From positions 18,972,001 to 19,036,000 of the forward strand of contig JBHGNT010000011.1 of NCBI GenBank assembly GCA_043228905.1: a stretch of DNA of 64,000 bases, in the 5' to 3' direction. Positions 39,205 to 52,169 of the stretch are shown piece by piece. The notes beneath the pieces were generated by a model. The model had not been told where the DNA came from. It saw only the letters and a list, made by a program, of their open reading frames with translations, and searched no databases. Source of the stretch: Azolla caroliniana. Taxonomy: Eukaryota; Plantae; Polypodiophyta. The position numbers and the translations under genes were made by a program. How positions within the stretch are numbered: position 1 is the first letter of the stretch; the number at the start of each line of letters is the position of its first letter.

Positions 39205-39551
39205 GTATTAATTATTAACATTGAATTACAATCAATGGAATATGATATGTTATTGGCTCACAACACAATTAATCGGGGTTCTCATGACATCCCTAATCTC
39301 TAGATACATCCTTGTAGAACTAAACAATCCCATGTGATAAATTCAATGCAAATGACGGACATAATGCCTTGCCAACCTATAAATTCCTAATTCTTCATGT
39401 GTCAACCTCCCTAAGTTCTACAATAAGGAGAATTGTCATACCAAGATGCCTTTTAATCATTGGATGTGTCTTTCAACCCCATGTTGAGCATAAAAAACAC
39501 GAGCATTCCACATATGCCATGCCATAATCCCCAATACCTTAGATAGTGAAA

Positions 39552-39676
39552 GGCTATGTCAAAATGTGGAGAAGGCATTCTCAACTCCACATGACCAAAC
39601 AAGAATTGAAACAGGGATTTCGTTTAATCAGGGCTATGTCAAAATGTGGAGAAGGCATTCTCAACTCCACATGACC
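39552..39676. repeat. Perfect 45-bp direct duplication with 35-bp spacer
   Basis: GGCTATGTCAAAATGTGGAGAAGGCATTCTCAACTCCACATGACC at 39552-39596 and 39632-39676. Confidence 0.9.
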
Positions 39677-41372
39677 GCTCCGTCTCTCGCCGCGTGCTTG
39701 CCTCTCAAAGGCTCGACCGGTCGGCCATTGCCGGTCACTCGTTGCCGCTCTTCCGGGTGCATGCTTGCTTCGTGGCCCTTCACTGGCCGTAGTGCATGCT
39801 CCATTTAACGCCCTTCACTCGTCGTAGACCCGACCTCCGCGTCGGCCTCTTCTCCCTTTGTTGTCGTAGCCCGTTTCAACTTGGGCTTGCCGTCTTGGCC
39901 CCGTTCGTTCATTATTTCATACCAAATACCCATTCTGGTAACCTCCTCCACTCCGGTAACCGACTCCTCGCCGCCACTCGTCGTCTCTCCAATCTTACAT
40001 TGATCCACAACCGCCGAAGTCTCTAGAATAGTTGTGGAGGGTCCTGCCTGTGTCCGATCTTTCATGGAACTGTAGTCGTCATGCCCGCTTGGCCTCCTTC
40101 TCGCGCTCACCGGCTCCCACCATGTGTTGCGACTCGTCATCCCCAATCTCCAATCATGCCGGCTTGGTCCTTTCCCGATTTGGTCCCAACCGATCATGTT
40201 CCGGTTTGGTCGGCTTCCTTCCATAATTGTAACCGGCCGGTAAGGGTTCGGCCGAACACTTCCTATCTTGCCGGCTCTTCTTCGGTTCGGGCCCGGTTGA
40301 CCGGCCCCCACTTCATTCTTTTCTCGGTTCGCCTTCTAGTCGAGTTGGTTCCTGACTCTCTCCTTGTTGCCGCTCTCGGCCTCTCCTTCGGTCCTTTCGT
40401 ATATGCCCGTTCCGGGCCTCGCATCCTCCTCTTCGTTTCGGTCACCCGCCTTGCTGCCACCACCGTCCGTCACTCTAGGTCTCATATCGGCTCTCAGGCC
40501 GGATGCTGGAGTCTCTAGAACCGGTGCACGTAAGATCCCGACACCGCCGCTCGTTTTGTCCGTAGCCACCTCCATCTGGACGTTATTGTTCGTGGCTACC
40601 CCGTCTCTAATCGCGAAGGCCTCGATTACGCTTGCTGCCTCCTCTTCGTTGATCTCCTTGTCATCGCCTTGGTTGCCCGCCTTGCCGCCACCACCGTTCG
40701 TCACTCAAGGTCTCACATCGACTCTCGGGCCGGATGCTAGAGTCTCTAGAATCGGTGTGGGTAAGGTCCTGGCACCACCGCTCGTCTCCTCCCCGCTTGA
40801 TGTTTTGGGCCATCGTGTCCCGAATCCTCTGCCCACTCTCGAAGTGGCGCTCCCCGCTTTGTAGTCACCGGCCTTATCCATGGTCGTCCCTTTTTCGCAA
40901 GATGAGAGGGTCGCTTGCTCTGCATCCTCTCCCACGTCGTCATCATTGCACTCTCTTCCGGCCTCCGCATGGGCCCCATCGTCCACACATAGGGAGGCAA
41001 CCCCTTCACAAGTGACCCCTCACTCCCTTTTATAGTAGTAAGGGGTCAGCACATTACAAGAGGGAGTCAAATCCCCTTTCATTTAATGGGGAATATCTCC
41101 CTTGATCTTAAATCAGTGGGCCTTAACTCTCTCTCTCCTATCACATTCACTCTCAATGCCCACTACTCATTCTACTCTACAAAGTCCACATTACATTTAT
41201 GCCTCTACGAACTTCGTGGTGCACCTTTAGCACCTTAGATTATTACCCTTCCCATTACATTTTGTTTACTTATTCTTATTACACAAATTTACAAGTGCAT
41301 GTGCAATGTTACACAACCCCATTTTATTTGTCCCTCCCGGTTTTCTCACCGTAGCCGGAAATCTTCACGACA
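39677..41372 (-). mobile_element. Truncated gypsy LTR (TGTCGTGAAG family) with long GC-rich body
   Basis: Minus strand begins TGTCGTGAAGAT at 41372, as does the LTR at 55022. U3 and TATA context (CTATAAAAGG...GGGGTTGCCT) resemble 55022-55741. An ~80-bp internal repeat lies at ~40447 and ~40677. No CA end found. Confidence 0.7.
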
Positions 41373-41376
41373 ACGT

Positions 41377-43010
41377 TATTATTTTGTTGTTAAAGGTAGT
41401 TGAGTTTGGTGGGAATCGTCAGCATGGTTGCACCGTATTTATTCAATGGCAACAATTCATCGACATCAACCATTGGAATTCATCGACAAAGTTTCGATCA
41501 AATTGCAAGGATGTCTAACGGTGGTAGTTTGGTGAACATTGGAAGCAAGGCTGACGCATTTGGAGAGAAACTACTAATCAAATGAGAAACAGAATGCCTA
41601 GAAATATATTTGGCATAGACTCCATTAATAAAGGTCATTGGTGGCAATTCCTTGATTAATATGGATGTTATAGGTGGCTGGATTGTTGAAGCTACATGTC
41701 TATTCAACAGGTTTTTACTTAAATATGTTGCAATATTCATTGTAATACTGGACTGTTTTGTATATTGTCTTCTTTAAATACCAATGGAGGATTTTTTTTG
41801 GAAAAAAAAAACATAGCCTTAACAACAAATTTTGCCAAAAGAGCCTTACATTGGTTGTCTAGGTCTACCAACCCTAAACCACCTTCAGAAAATTGCGTCG
41901 TGAGTGTCGACCAAGCTAGCTTCGCACGAGCATCATTATTACTTCTTCCTATCCAAATAAAGTTTCGAACCAGTTGTTGAATCTGCAACTAACAGGATCT
42001 GGAGAACAAACATGTAGATGCAATATACCACATCGATGAAAGGAGAACTTGATCAACTATCATTACTCGGCCTGCTAAAGATAACTCTGTAGTGTCCCAA
42101 AATCAACAATTTTTTCCTAAGTGATAACATTAGAGGAGATAGCAATCGCCCCTTATGCATATTTATACCAACCTGACAGCCTAAGTAACAAACTAAAACT
42201 CCTTGAATCCAACGAAAAGACTCAAATGTCTCCATGATGACGACGGTTGCATAGAAACCCAAAAACCCATTGATTTACACCAATTAACTTTTGCACCAAA
42301 GGCAACACAAAACGTTTCCAATGTAGCATGTGCTTTACACAATTTACCTTCTTCAGCGCGCAATAATGTTGTATCATCTACAAACTCCACATCTAAAATC
42401 CTCTTATTAGAGATTGGTGCAACCAGCCCTTGGATCCCAACACCAGCTGAATTTAAATATGTAGAAAATACTTCCGTAACAATAAGAAATAAGAAAGGGG
42501 CAAATGGACACCCTTGGCGAACAGATCGTGACATTTGAAAACTTTGTCCTCTACCTCCTGCTACTAAGATAGAACTATAAGCTAATCAATACAAAGCTGC
42601 CACTGCAATAAGCCAAGATTCTGGAAACCCTAATCTTCTCATCGCTCTTCTAAAAAGTCCCAATTCACTCTATCATAGGCCTTTTCAAAATCTAACAATA
42701 AAATTACTAAGTCCTCTTTCTTTGCCATAGCTAAGGCAGACAATTCCCAAAACAAAAAAATATTGTCAAATATACTCCTATCTTGCATAAAACCTATCTG
42801 AGAAGTATGAATAATATCATGCAATAAAGGTTGCAAAGGCAATGCCAATACCTTAGCATAAATTTTGTAAATTATATTGAGTAATGTGATCGGCCGCCAA
42901 GCCCTAATGTCCTCCGAAGCTCCATCCCCTTTAGGGATAAGACAAATCAATCCCTCCTTCCATTCTTCTGGCATAGCTCCCGAATAAAAAATTATCTGAA
43001 AAGCACAGGA
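41377..43010 (-). mobile_element. LINE (L1-like) ORF2 reverse transcriptase fragment
   Basis: GLICLIPKG...WRPITLLNIIYKIYAK...DFEKAYDRVNW; RQGCPFAPFLF...EFVDDT; RNFIW...AWSTL...EGGLG. Frameshifted. Confidence 0.9.
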
Positions 43011-43352
43011 TAAATTGACTCTTCTTTATTAGTGCTTGTTGATTTTGGCAGTCATTCGCTTCCGTAGGAGAGGAAAATAGGTTGTGCAAGGACAATGATG
43101 GCGATAACGAAGTTCTTAGAGGTTGTTTAATGTGGAATTGTGTTGCTTTCTTTCTGGGTCATGAGGATTCTTTCTAGGAGAGTAAAATAGGTTGTGTAGG
43201 GGCAGCGATGGCGACAACGAAGTTCTCATAGGCTCTCAGAAACTTCAATGTCAAGTTTAATGGATTGTTACAACTTAATTGTAATAACCTTTATGACATA
43301 CAACTAACAAGGAGCACGGTGTTCCTTATGTGCCCAAATCATATAGAGGTAC

Positions 43353-44093
43353 TGACGGGAACTCAACGCTCCTTATGCCCAACACTCGGCCACAACCGAG
43401 CTTAGAATCATACACAGAAAAAAAACAGGAAATAAAGCACGACACGAAGAAGAAACGAGTGCACAGGATTTTTACGTGGAAAACCCAAACTAAGGGAAAA
43501 ACCACGGCAGTCCACAGGCTGCAAACTATCTCTACGTTGGAATGTACAAACGGTGAGTTCACGGAGGCAACGACCTCGTGCTCACGATCTTCGCCACATG
43601 CGGCGGTTACAATAGAGGCAACGACCTCTTTCTCTCTCTCTCTCTCTCTCTGTACACTGTTATGTGTCTCTCTTCTTCTTCTTACCCCAACAAAAATGAC
43701 AACAACTATATAAAAGTTTGCCCTAAGTCATATTTATACTAATATGACTTTTCGGCTATTTACAAATATAGCCTCGATGGACTCTCAGAAACATATTTAC
43801 GAATATGTCTCTTCATCCGGTTCTCACCGGGTCTGTACCATCCGGTTCTCCGTAACCGGGTACTCCTCATTTGGTCTTCACCGGGTCTGTGTCATCCGGC
43901 TCTCCGTAGCCGGGTACTCCTCATCCGGTCTTCACCGAGTCTGTATCATCCGGCTCTCCGTAGCCGGGTACTCCTCATCCGGTCTTCATCGGGTCTGCAT
44001 CATCCGGCTCTCCGTACCAGGGTCCACCTCATACGGTTTGTTCATCGGCACTGTTCTTCTCCCTTCCCATCCGGAGGGACCTGTCTCCCAACA
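43353..44093 (-). mobile_element. Copia solo LTR with internal 54-bp tandem repeats
   Basis: TG...CA ends with perfect TSD GGTAC (43348-43352, 44094-44098). The minus strand has GTGGTTTTTCCCTTAGTTTGGGTTTTCCACGT, shared with the Copia LTR near 50190-50218. About four 54-bp units at ~43812-44030. Confidence 0.9.
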
Positions 44094-46907
44094 GGTACAT
44101 GATTACTATATTGAAGAGCAGATCACACCTAGAGATTTTGATCTCCAACATGTCAAGATTGACCGCCAATGAATATATTACCAAAGTGCTTGCAACATAT
44201 AGACTTGGATAATTTTTTACTATGTACAACCTTTGTTTGTTGTTTGTTGAGCTTGAAGGGGACTGTAGAAGTGAAAAAGGCAATCCAATTCCCTTAACCA
44301 CATGGCAATTTGGCATAATTGGGCTTGAAGTTGTGTGTTGGGATAACCAACTCAATCAAATGGCTCAAAACATGTATATTAAAGCCCACGTATCTTATCA
44401 TAAGTGTGTGGTCACTGTCTTTGTCCCAAGTAAGGAGAGACTGTTGGTATTCCATGTAAAGAATATTAGAATATTTTGCAAACTCTCTTTTATGGAAAAA
44501 AACTTTTTGGAGTCATAGACGTTGGAGGTTTGTCGAGAAATAAAAAGCCCCATATTCTCACAACAAATCACTATGTTCTTTGTGAAAAGTGTAGATCCTA
44601 AATCTGTCTCTTTGATACATAGGACCCCTCATGAAAGAGAAATTCCATGCGGGTTTTTCGATATATAATATATTGATGGGAGAAATTAGGAGAGGATACA
44701 TTACCTATGGCATACATAAGAAAGGAAAAAAATGTATCTTGTCATGAAACTCGCATAAGATCCATGCAATGCACATAAGTTTGTTTCAATAATAGTTTCC
44801 CTATTTGTGTTTGCCCTCTTTGGTGCTCCAACTTTATTGTTGCTTATACCATGCTCTCTATATTATTAAATAAATTGCTTTGAACAACGTAAGCTAAAAG
44901 TCTACTAATGAATAAGTATTAGTAAGTATCGGAAATACCAAAAATACTACAGTGTTCCTCAGCACAAATATCTAGGTTTAAAGTTTATGTTATTTCCCAC
45001 CTATCTTACGGATTCACAATATGTATATTAATTCTATGTGTTTGGGTTTCCAATTATTACTACCTTAAATTGCAACAATTACAATGATCTTCTTTGTTAC
45101 AATTCTCAATCACATTGATTACCAATTAAGCACATGAAAAAAGTATAACATATTACACGGGAATTGAAGCCAATTGCCTTTCTTACCTCCACGGTATGTT
45201 TATGTGTCACCCTAGAAGACTTGCATATTGATGATACTTAGTCTAATAGTAGTACTTAGTTTATTGACAAAAAATGTCAAAACAAAGGGGGTGTCAAATT
45301 AGCCTAAAATATGTGTATAGTGAGTGATAAAGAAATTATGAATGTGTGATTTGATTATACCTTGGGCAAAGAAAGACACATCAATGTGAAAGTTTAAGGT
45401 CATACATTGACAAAAGGACCTCTAACCAAGGTGTCATCCAAGTTAGAACAAATTTATCAAAATAAAATGGCTTGAGCTTATATTATGAACCCTTACATTA
45501 TTAGAAATTTATGGTTCTACAATCTACTTCACGAAGGACATACATAATGCAAATTGGTTCCGACATTCATGGCTCACAATGTTCCTTGCACGTCAAAAGG
45601 TCAATTAGGTTTTCAGGTTTTAGGTGGACTAGAATAAAGGAAGTCTAATTCTAAGACATTGTAACTTAAGTTATTAAGGATTCCAATATATTGTTTCACT
45701 TACCATTGGGTGTAAGCATGGCTGAATGAAGAAAATACTCATGTTTTGGATGTTGATGGTAAACAAACTATCCCTATGTTTTACTACCATAAGAAAACTA
45801 TGGTATCTAGGGTAACAAACTACATATTGCAATCCCTCTATTCTCAATATTTTCTTCCCTCACATATTTTGTTATTACCACTTAAAGTCTCTCTTAAATA
45901 AGTTTTTACCATGACATGCCATGTATTTCTTGTAACGTGTTTGGGCTTTCCAGAACTAATGTTGCTCATGTCATGCTCCCTATGAGCAGCCTATTTTTAT
46001 TTGAATATAGTGTTACTCTTCTTTAAAAATAATATCTAGTTAAGTCATGTGCTTAAAATTCCAATGAAATGAATGGATGTTGTATGTTCAAGTAACACCT
46101 CAATAATATAAGATTCCATGACTCACATATCTAGGCATAATCTCATTTATGGTCCTTTACCTCCTAACTTTAGGGATTCACAACACATGCATTTAACAAA
46201 TCTCTATGTTATTGTGTCTCCTTTTATCTTGCACCATAATTTCCTATGTTGAAAGTTGAAACTATTATAATTCTCGTTGCAATAGATATTTGAGTTCCAT
46301 ACTTTCACATCGGGAATGAAATATCACTTGTCAAGAACATAATGATCATTCTTATCCCTAAAAGACTCATATATTGATGACACGCCTTGGCGCATAATAC
46401 ATGTCACATCCCTAAGCTTTATAATATCATCATTGTAGTAACATGTTTAAAAGGCTAGCGTCTTAATGTAAAATTGACCATGTACTTATGTGGAGAAAAA
46501 TCACTAGATTTCGACTCGATACTAGTTGGCGATAACGACATTATGTGTGTGGTATTTAGAAAGATTGATTTGAGAATCAACCATTGATTTCAAGTTCTAA
46601 AAGTATATAAGGTGACAAGAGGATCATGGCCTACTGACCATTACCATTAATAGGAATGAAGTAAACAATTGAAACTACCAACGGGATGAATTCTAGTTTC
46701 TAGATTCTACTTCAAAGAGCATGCATAATGCAAGGGTACTTGCCAAAACCATATTTGTTCCTTGGACATCAAGAGAGACATTTGGGCAAAGGTTTCTTTA
46801 AGTCTCGTACTCTATTTCAAGTGTGTGCTCTACTTTTCTTCATACTAGACTGATCATAGAAACATGTATGATGTGCCTATAGCATATCCTATACATACAT
46901 ACAAGAT

Positions 46908-46910
<3 letters not shown>

Positions 46911-46964
<54 letters not shown>
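46911..46964. repeat. (GT)n microsatellite
   Basis: Direct inspection. Confidence 0.95.
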
Positions 46965-46966
<2 letters not shown>

Positions 46967-47299
46967 GATTCTACCCTTAGTACTTGGATTAGTGTGGGGG
47001 TATTACCCTTTCATAAAAGAGTCCTCCATTAGTCATGAAACTATAAACATTATTAAAAGCCTAGTATCCTGAGCATGATTACAATGATTAGGGCATGACG
47101 AATAGGCTATTGTGAGCATGGTAAATTGTGTATGATTGATTATCTAGTAATTAGCATGTTATTCTAGATATAATTAAATCAATAAGTTCTAGGAATTCAT
47201 TATTTTTGTAAGATTAACCCTTTTTTTTACCAATGAAATTGCCAAGGTCAGAATGAGTATCACCGTTAATAATTTATCAAGGGTACAACTAACCCTAGT

Positions 47300-48150
47300 A
47301 CTATTAAACAAATGAGTACTATACTTAAAGCAAAGGTACTGTGTAAATACTGAATCTTATTCACTAATGAAAAGAGTGTTTCCAATTGAATGCTACAAAT
47401 TGTTTTTACAATATGACCCCACTCACACATAATGACTCAAGTAAATGACATCATCACATTGTAAATACTATGTGTTGGTGTAAGACACCATTGTTGGCAT
47501 TTAGCATTTAAATACTTGCACAATAGTAAAACAAAATAATGTCAGATGACTATCGAATGTGGCCAACTAAGAAAAATACTATATCACATAACGAAGGACT
47601 CTTCTTAATTAGCCCAATGCCCCCAAGAACCAAAGTTGGCATAATCAAGGCTTTCGCATTGTACCAAATTAAACCAATGGTGTTGTTTTAACAATGGGGA
47701 GGATGTTTCGTTGAATTGTTGTACAACTCAACATTCAAGCTTAAGGCAAAGAGGCATTGTTGAACCAACAAGTCTAAGACAAATGTGTCATGTTTCTTAT
47801 CATTTGAAAATGAATGTAAAAGATTGCTTTAAGTTACTTTAGGTTTTCACTATATCTCCCATAGAGAATGTGGACAAGTATGGCACAATTCTCGGTGTAT
47901 GATTGCATTGAAGTGGACCTAATCTACAACTAATCCTCAACAAAATCATCATTAAGCAAAGTTTGGATTCTTTTTGCTTCTTTTACTTTTAGACAATCAG
48001 TTGAACTTCCAACTTCGTCGACAATGTGTAATGTGTAATGTGTACTGCCACTCCCATTCTCATTGTTATTCTTGCTTTGGTTCTCGTTGTCATGCTTATG
48101 ACTACTTATTGGAAACCATCAACAAAGACATCAACAATAGCAACATAGAA
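47300..48150 (-). mobile_element. Degenerate Copia PR/integrase remnant
   Basis: Weak protease-like trace near 47900-47935, CK...KCQQ near 47500 and WG-like near 47415, in the correct order. Confidence 0.3.
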
Positions 48151-49656
48151 TTATTTTTAACAATGATGATGGGAAGAATACCATTTCTAGTCAAAGTTAG
48201 TAAGTTCCCTCGAACTATTTAAAGGGGTTCAAGGTTTGCCCTTTGTCTAATTGAGTAAATGGTTAACAAAAAAAAAATCTTATTAGGATTGCCATTGTAA
48301 CCCTTTTAGTACTATGATTAACATCTTAACTATTTTACTAACAGTAAGTGTTTAGAATTTTCTTGGGGTAGAGATACTAGACAAGCAATAATGCCCTATG
48401 ATATCACTAATTATAATTATGTGTAGTAAACTAAAAGTAATACTAATGTGTATTCAGTCGAGGATAATGGTGCTAGTGAGTACTATTCAAGCTAACATAA
48501 TAGTACTAGTGTGTGCTTGGGTTAACAATGATTGTGTTGGGCCTAGCATAATAGCACTAATGTGTACTCAAGCAAACATAGTATTCATAGATTATTCATT
48601 GGAAAGCAAACACATGTTGTAAATGCCCTTCATTGCAGTGCTCCCACACTTAACATAATAATAATACTTTTGTATTAAGGGCCAAGGCTATGTTAATGAA
48701 TACTATTACAAATTACAATAACTTGTGGTATTAAGAGTAAAACAATACTAAAACTCGTAGTATTGAGAGTAGAACAATACTAAAATTTGTGTTTTGTCAT
48801 GGTCTTTGTCCCTTGTTCATGTTGGCAAGGCTTTGATGGTCACCACTAAAAGTTGTCTTCTTCCTCTTCTCAAGGCAGATTGTAACCAAGCATTTCCATC
48901 ACACCTTGCAGAATTAACCTCTTGTTGAAACCAAGATATTAAGTCTTGAGCTTATTGATTCAATGACTTGGTGAGTTTATTTCGGAACAAGGTGTTTGTG
49001 TGGTCGCAATATGTATTGGTTGTCAGCATTATGGTTGTAATACTCATGTTTAGTGGGTAGTTAAAACGTTTCAGATCGAGTCACTTACAAGGCCCTCGTG
49101 TGCTTGGACTAGTTTTTGTTTGTTCACTTTGCCATATATAAATAAGGAAAAGACCACCATCAACCGAGTCTATATAACGAGAGGAATACTTCATCATGTT
49201 ACTCTCGGTCATAATGACTTTATGATTTCTTCAATATTTGTAGGATGCATCATCCGTCTTGGCCCTGCCTCCAACCTATGGTCATAGTCTAGCTCAGCGA
49301 AGCTGCATGCTTGTACACATGGAAGTGGCGGGATTCTTGGGTGGGGTAGAATGGATGATGGTAATGGGCCTAGATGCCCTCGATATTGGTGCCTTGGGCT
49401 ATTCCACTAATTTACGGTCCTTGTCTACACCAAGCATTCAGTGTTGTTCGCGGTTGTGTGGATGGTGCATTTCATGACAAAAGGCATTAGCACCACTTAC
49501 AATATTCTAGTTTGTGTTGTTGGGTCAACTATACCTATGGACATTCATGGCCCATATGTTGGGGCTTGTCCACTCAAGTGGAGCCCACAACATTGAGTTG
49601 GTTGAACGCCGAATAGGCTTAAGGCAAATTATAAGAAAAGTTATAATTAGTTGTAT

Positions 49657-49693
<37 letters not shown>

Positions 49694-50373
49694 TGCCTTT
49701 TTTCTTTTTTGTATGTTTTTATGGTTGTGTGTCTTTTGTGTGTGTGAACACAAATATAGACGTTGGACTACAAGAAGACAGAAAGAGAAAACTAGAGAAT
49801 AGAAAAAGGGAGATAGCGTGACCTGTTTTTTTACGCAAAAACAGAAAATAGAGTGAGAGAAAAACAGAGAACGAAAGAGTGAGAGCAAGAGGAAGAGTGT
49901 TCTATCAAAGTGCAAAAGTGGAGACAGAGACCTACGAGGGGTTGTTCGTGGTATCAGAGAACCACGATTGAACAGCAACTATCCTGTCTACTTTGCATCA
50001 GGTTTCTTCGTTTCATGTTTTTCCTTGTTTCCATTTTTTGTTAGTTTTTCTATCCACCCAGTTGGGTGAGGAATTGTAATCAAGGCTACTGCCTTAGCAT
50101 ATACATCCCTCTAGTCAAAGCTAGAGAGGTTGTATTCGTTTGTACTAAGAAAAATAGCGAACTTGTTTTGAACCCGAAGGGGTTCCGTGGTTTTTCCCTA
50201 GTTTGGGTTTTCCATGTTAAAATTTTTGGTGTACTCTCATTTTCGTCTTGTGGTTTCATCTATTGTTTAATTTGTCTTGATTGAGTTGGTAGTCCAAATC
50301 ATCCCAATTCGGATCCATATTCGTAACAAGTGGTATCAAAGCAGAGGTTCATACCTCCACAAAGACTTGGAAT

Positions 50374-51363
50374 ATGGATGAATCATTAGGCGGGATGATT
50401 AAACGGACGGGATCCAACTACCCCATTTGGAAGTCCAAAATGAGGGACATGTTGGTATGTAAGGACATGTGGTTGCCCGTACTGCACGGTACGAACAAAC
50501 CCGAGAACATAGATACATTAACCTGGGATGCCATGCATCTAAAGACATTTGCATACATCCGATGTTTCATAAACATGAGTCTATATAACAATTTCTATGA
50601 TGAAACCAAAGCAAACGAGTTATGGAGAAACATCAAGAGTATGTTTCAGACCAAAAATGCTTTGAATAGAGTCTCTGTGTTTAGGAAACTTGTAAGACTT
50701 AGGTATCAAGATGGCTCTACTATGGAAGAGCATCTTAATACGTTTCAAGGACTTATAAGTCAAATTGTCTCTCTAGATATACCTCTAGCAAATGAGGTGT
50801 TGACCTTGTTATTGTTAGGCTCTCTCCCAGATAGTTGGGAAACCCTTGTTGTGACATTTGGGACTGCAACGCAACAAAAGGACCTAACATTGGACATGCT
50901 TAAGTCGAATCTTCTACATGAAGAAGCACAACGAAAGGAGCATGAGTCCAACTTTGACCATAAAGCCTTAGTCATAGAAAACAACTCCTCTAGAGGAAGA
51001 AACCATGCTAGGGGTCCACAAAATCACAGAAATATTTCTAAGGGGAGGTCTAAATCTAGAAATAGGAAAGACTCTAAGAAAGACTTCACGTTTCATTATT
51101 GTGGTAGTCCAAACCACTATGAAAGAGATTGTAGGAAGAAAAAGAGGGACCAAAAGAGTGGAACTACTGACAACAAGAAAAATGATTCCACAACAGCCGC
51201 ATGTGATGGGGATATCATCATCGCGTGTGATGATGCTTGTGTCAGTTTAGCATCCCAAGAAACCGATTGGATTATCGATTCGGGTGCCTTGTACCCCATA
51301 TCGGGAAATGTTCTCATCATATGCCGGTGGTGATTTTGGTAAAGTCAAAATGCCTAACCACGG
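50374..51363 (+). pseudogene. Copia gag-protease (5' part)
   Basis: NYPIWKSKM, LLLLGSLPDSWE, zinc knuckle FHYCGSPNHYERDC (first Cys lost), protease WIIDSGA, then a frameshift into GDFGKVKMPNHG. Confidence 0.9.
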
Positions 51364-51978
51364 TGTCGTGAAGAAAACCGGCCATAGGCGGAATCGAAGA
51401 AAAAGGCGCATGAACCGGCTCTTACACGGGTGGACACGAGGATTGATATATTGTACATATTTCGTATTTAAGAGGACTGGTGTAAATACTAGGTAGTGCA
51501 CATTTATTAGGGGATTTTGTGCGTATCTCTGTCGACAAGAACAAGGAATAAAGCAGTTTGGCTAAGGAAGGGGGCACCCCTTTTTGGGGGAACTATTTAA
51601 GGAGGGAGAGAAGGAAGGAACAGGTATCACGCGCTAGGGAGGAGGAAGTGTTGCTGCAGATCTGGGGTGCCAAGCTCTCTCTCCTCCGGCGGTCGGTCTC
51701 TGTGGGTCGGAAGCTCGCTACCTCTGCTTCATGGACAGCCCGTGCGCTTCCAGCAGAGGCTCTCCCCCTTTTTGTTTGTTTTTGGGAGTCGAGCGAGTGC
51801 GGTCTGTGTGTGTGAGTAGGATCCCCGTGTCGGGTCCATCGCCGCCTTGCCGATTGTAACCGTCAGAGTCGTATTCTCTTGTATTCTCTTGTTATTGTAT
51901 TCTCTTGTCGTTGTAAACTCTTGTTATTGAAATCAAGTGTTACGTTCTATATCTCTCCTTCTCACTTCGCGTATCTAC

Positions 51979-52036
<58 letters not shown>

Positions 52037-52101
52037 CCTCGGTTCAAGACCCCCGTGGTCCCGCCCCTTCTACACGCACGCGCGTAACAACGCGACATAT
52101 T

Positions 52102-52119
52102 TGGTGAACCCGACGTGAA
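52102..52119 (+). promoter_or_regulatory. Primer-binding site complementary to the tRNA-Trp 3' end
   Basis: TGGTGAACCCGACGTGAA is the complement of plant tRNA-Trp ...TTCACGTCGGGTTCACCA as recalled; it lies 4 nt after the LTR. Confidence 0.85.
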
Positions 52120-52169
52120 CGGGGCACTGTTCTTCTCTCTTCCCATCCGGAGGGACCTGTCTCCCAACA

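Noticed and set aside
43812-44030. Regular repeats as a possible CRISPR array
   Set aside because: Head-to-tail units without unique spacers, inside a TSD-flanked LTR in a eukaryotic context, with no cas genes.
49949-49959. TGGTATCAGAG (iMet PBS-like) inside the Copia 5' LTR
   Set aside because: Not preceded by an LTR CA end, and the 3' LTR copy reads TGCTATCAAAG. The real PBS is at 50331.
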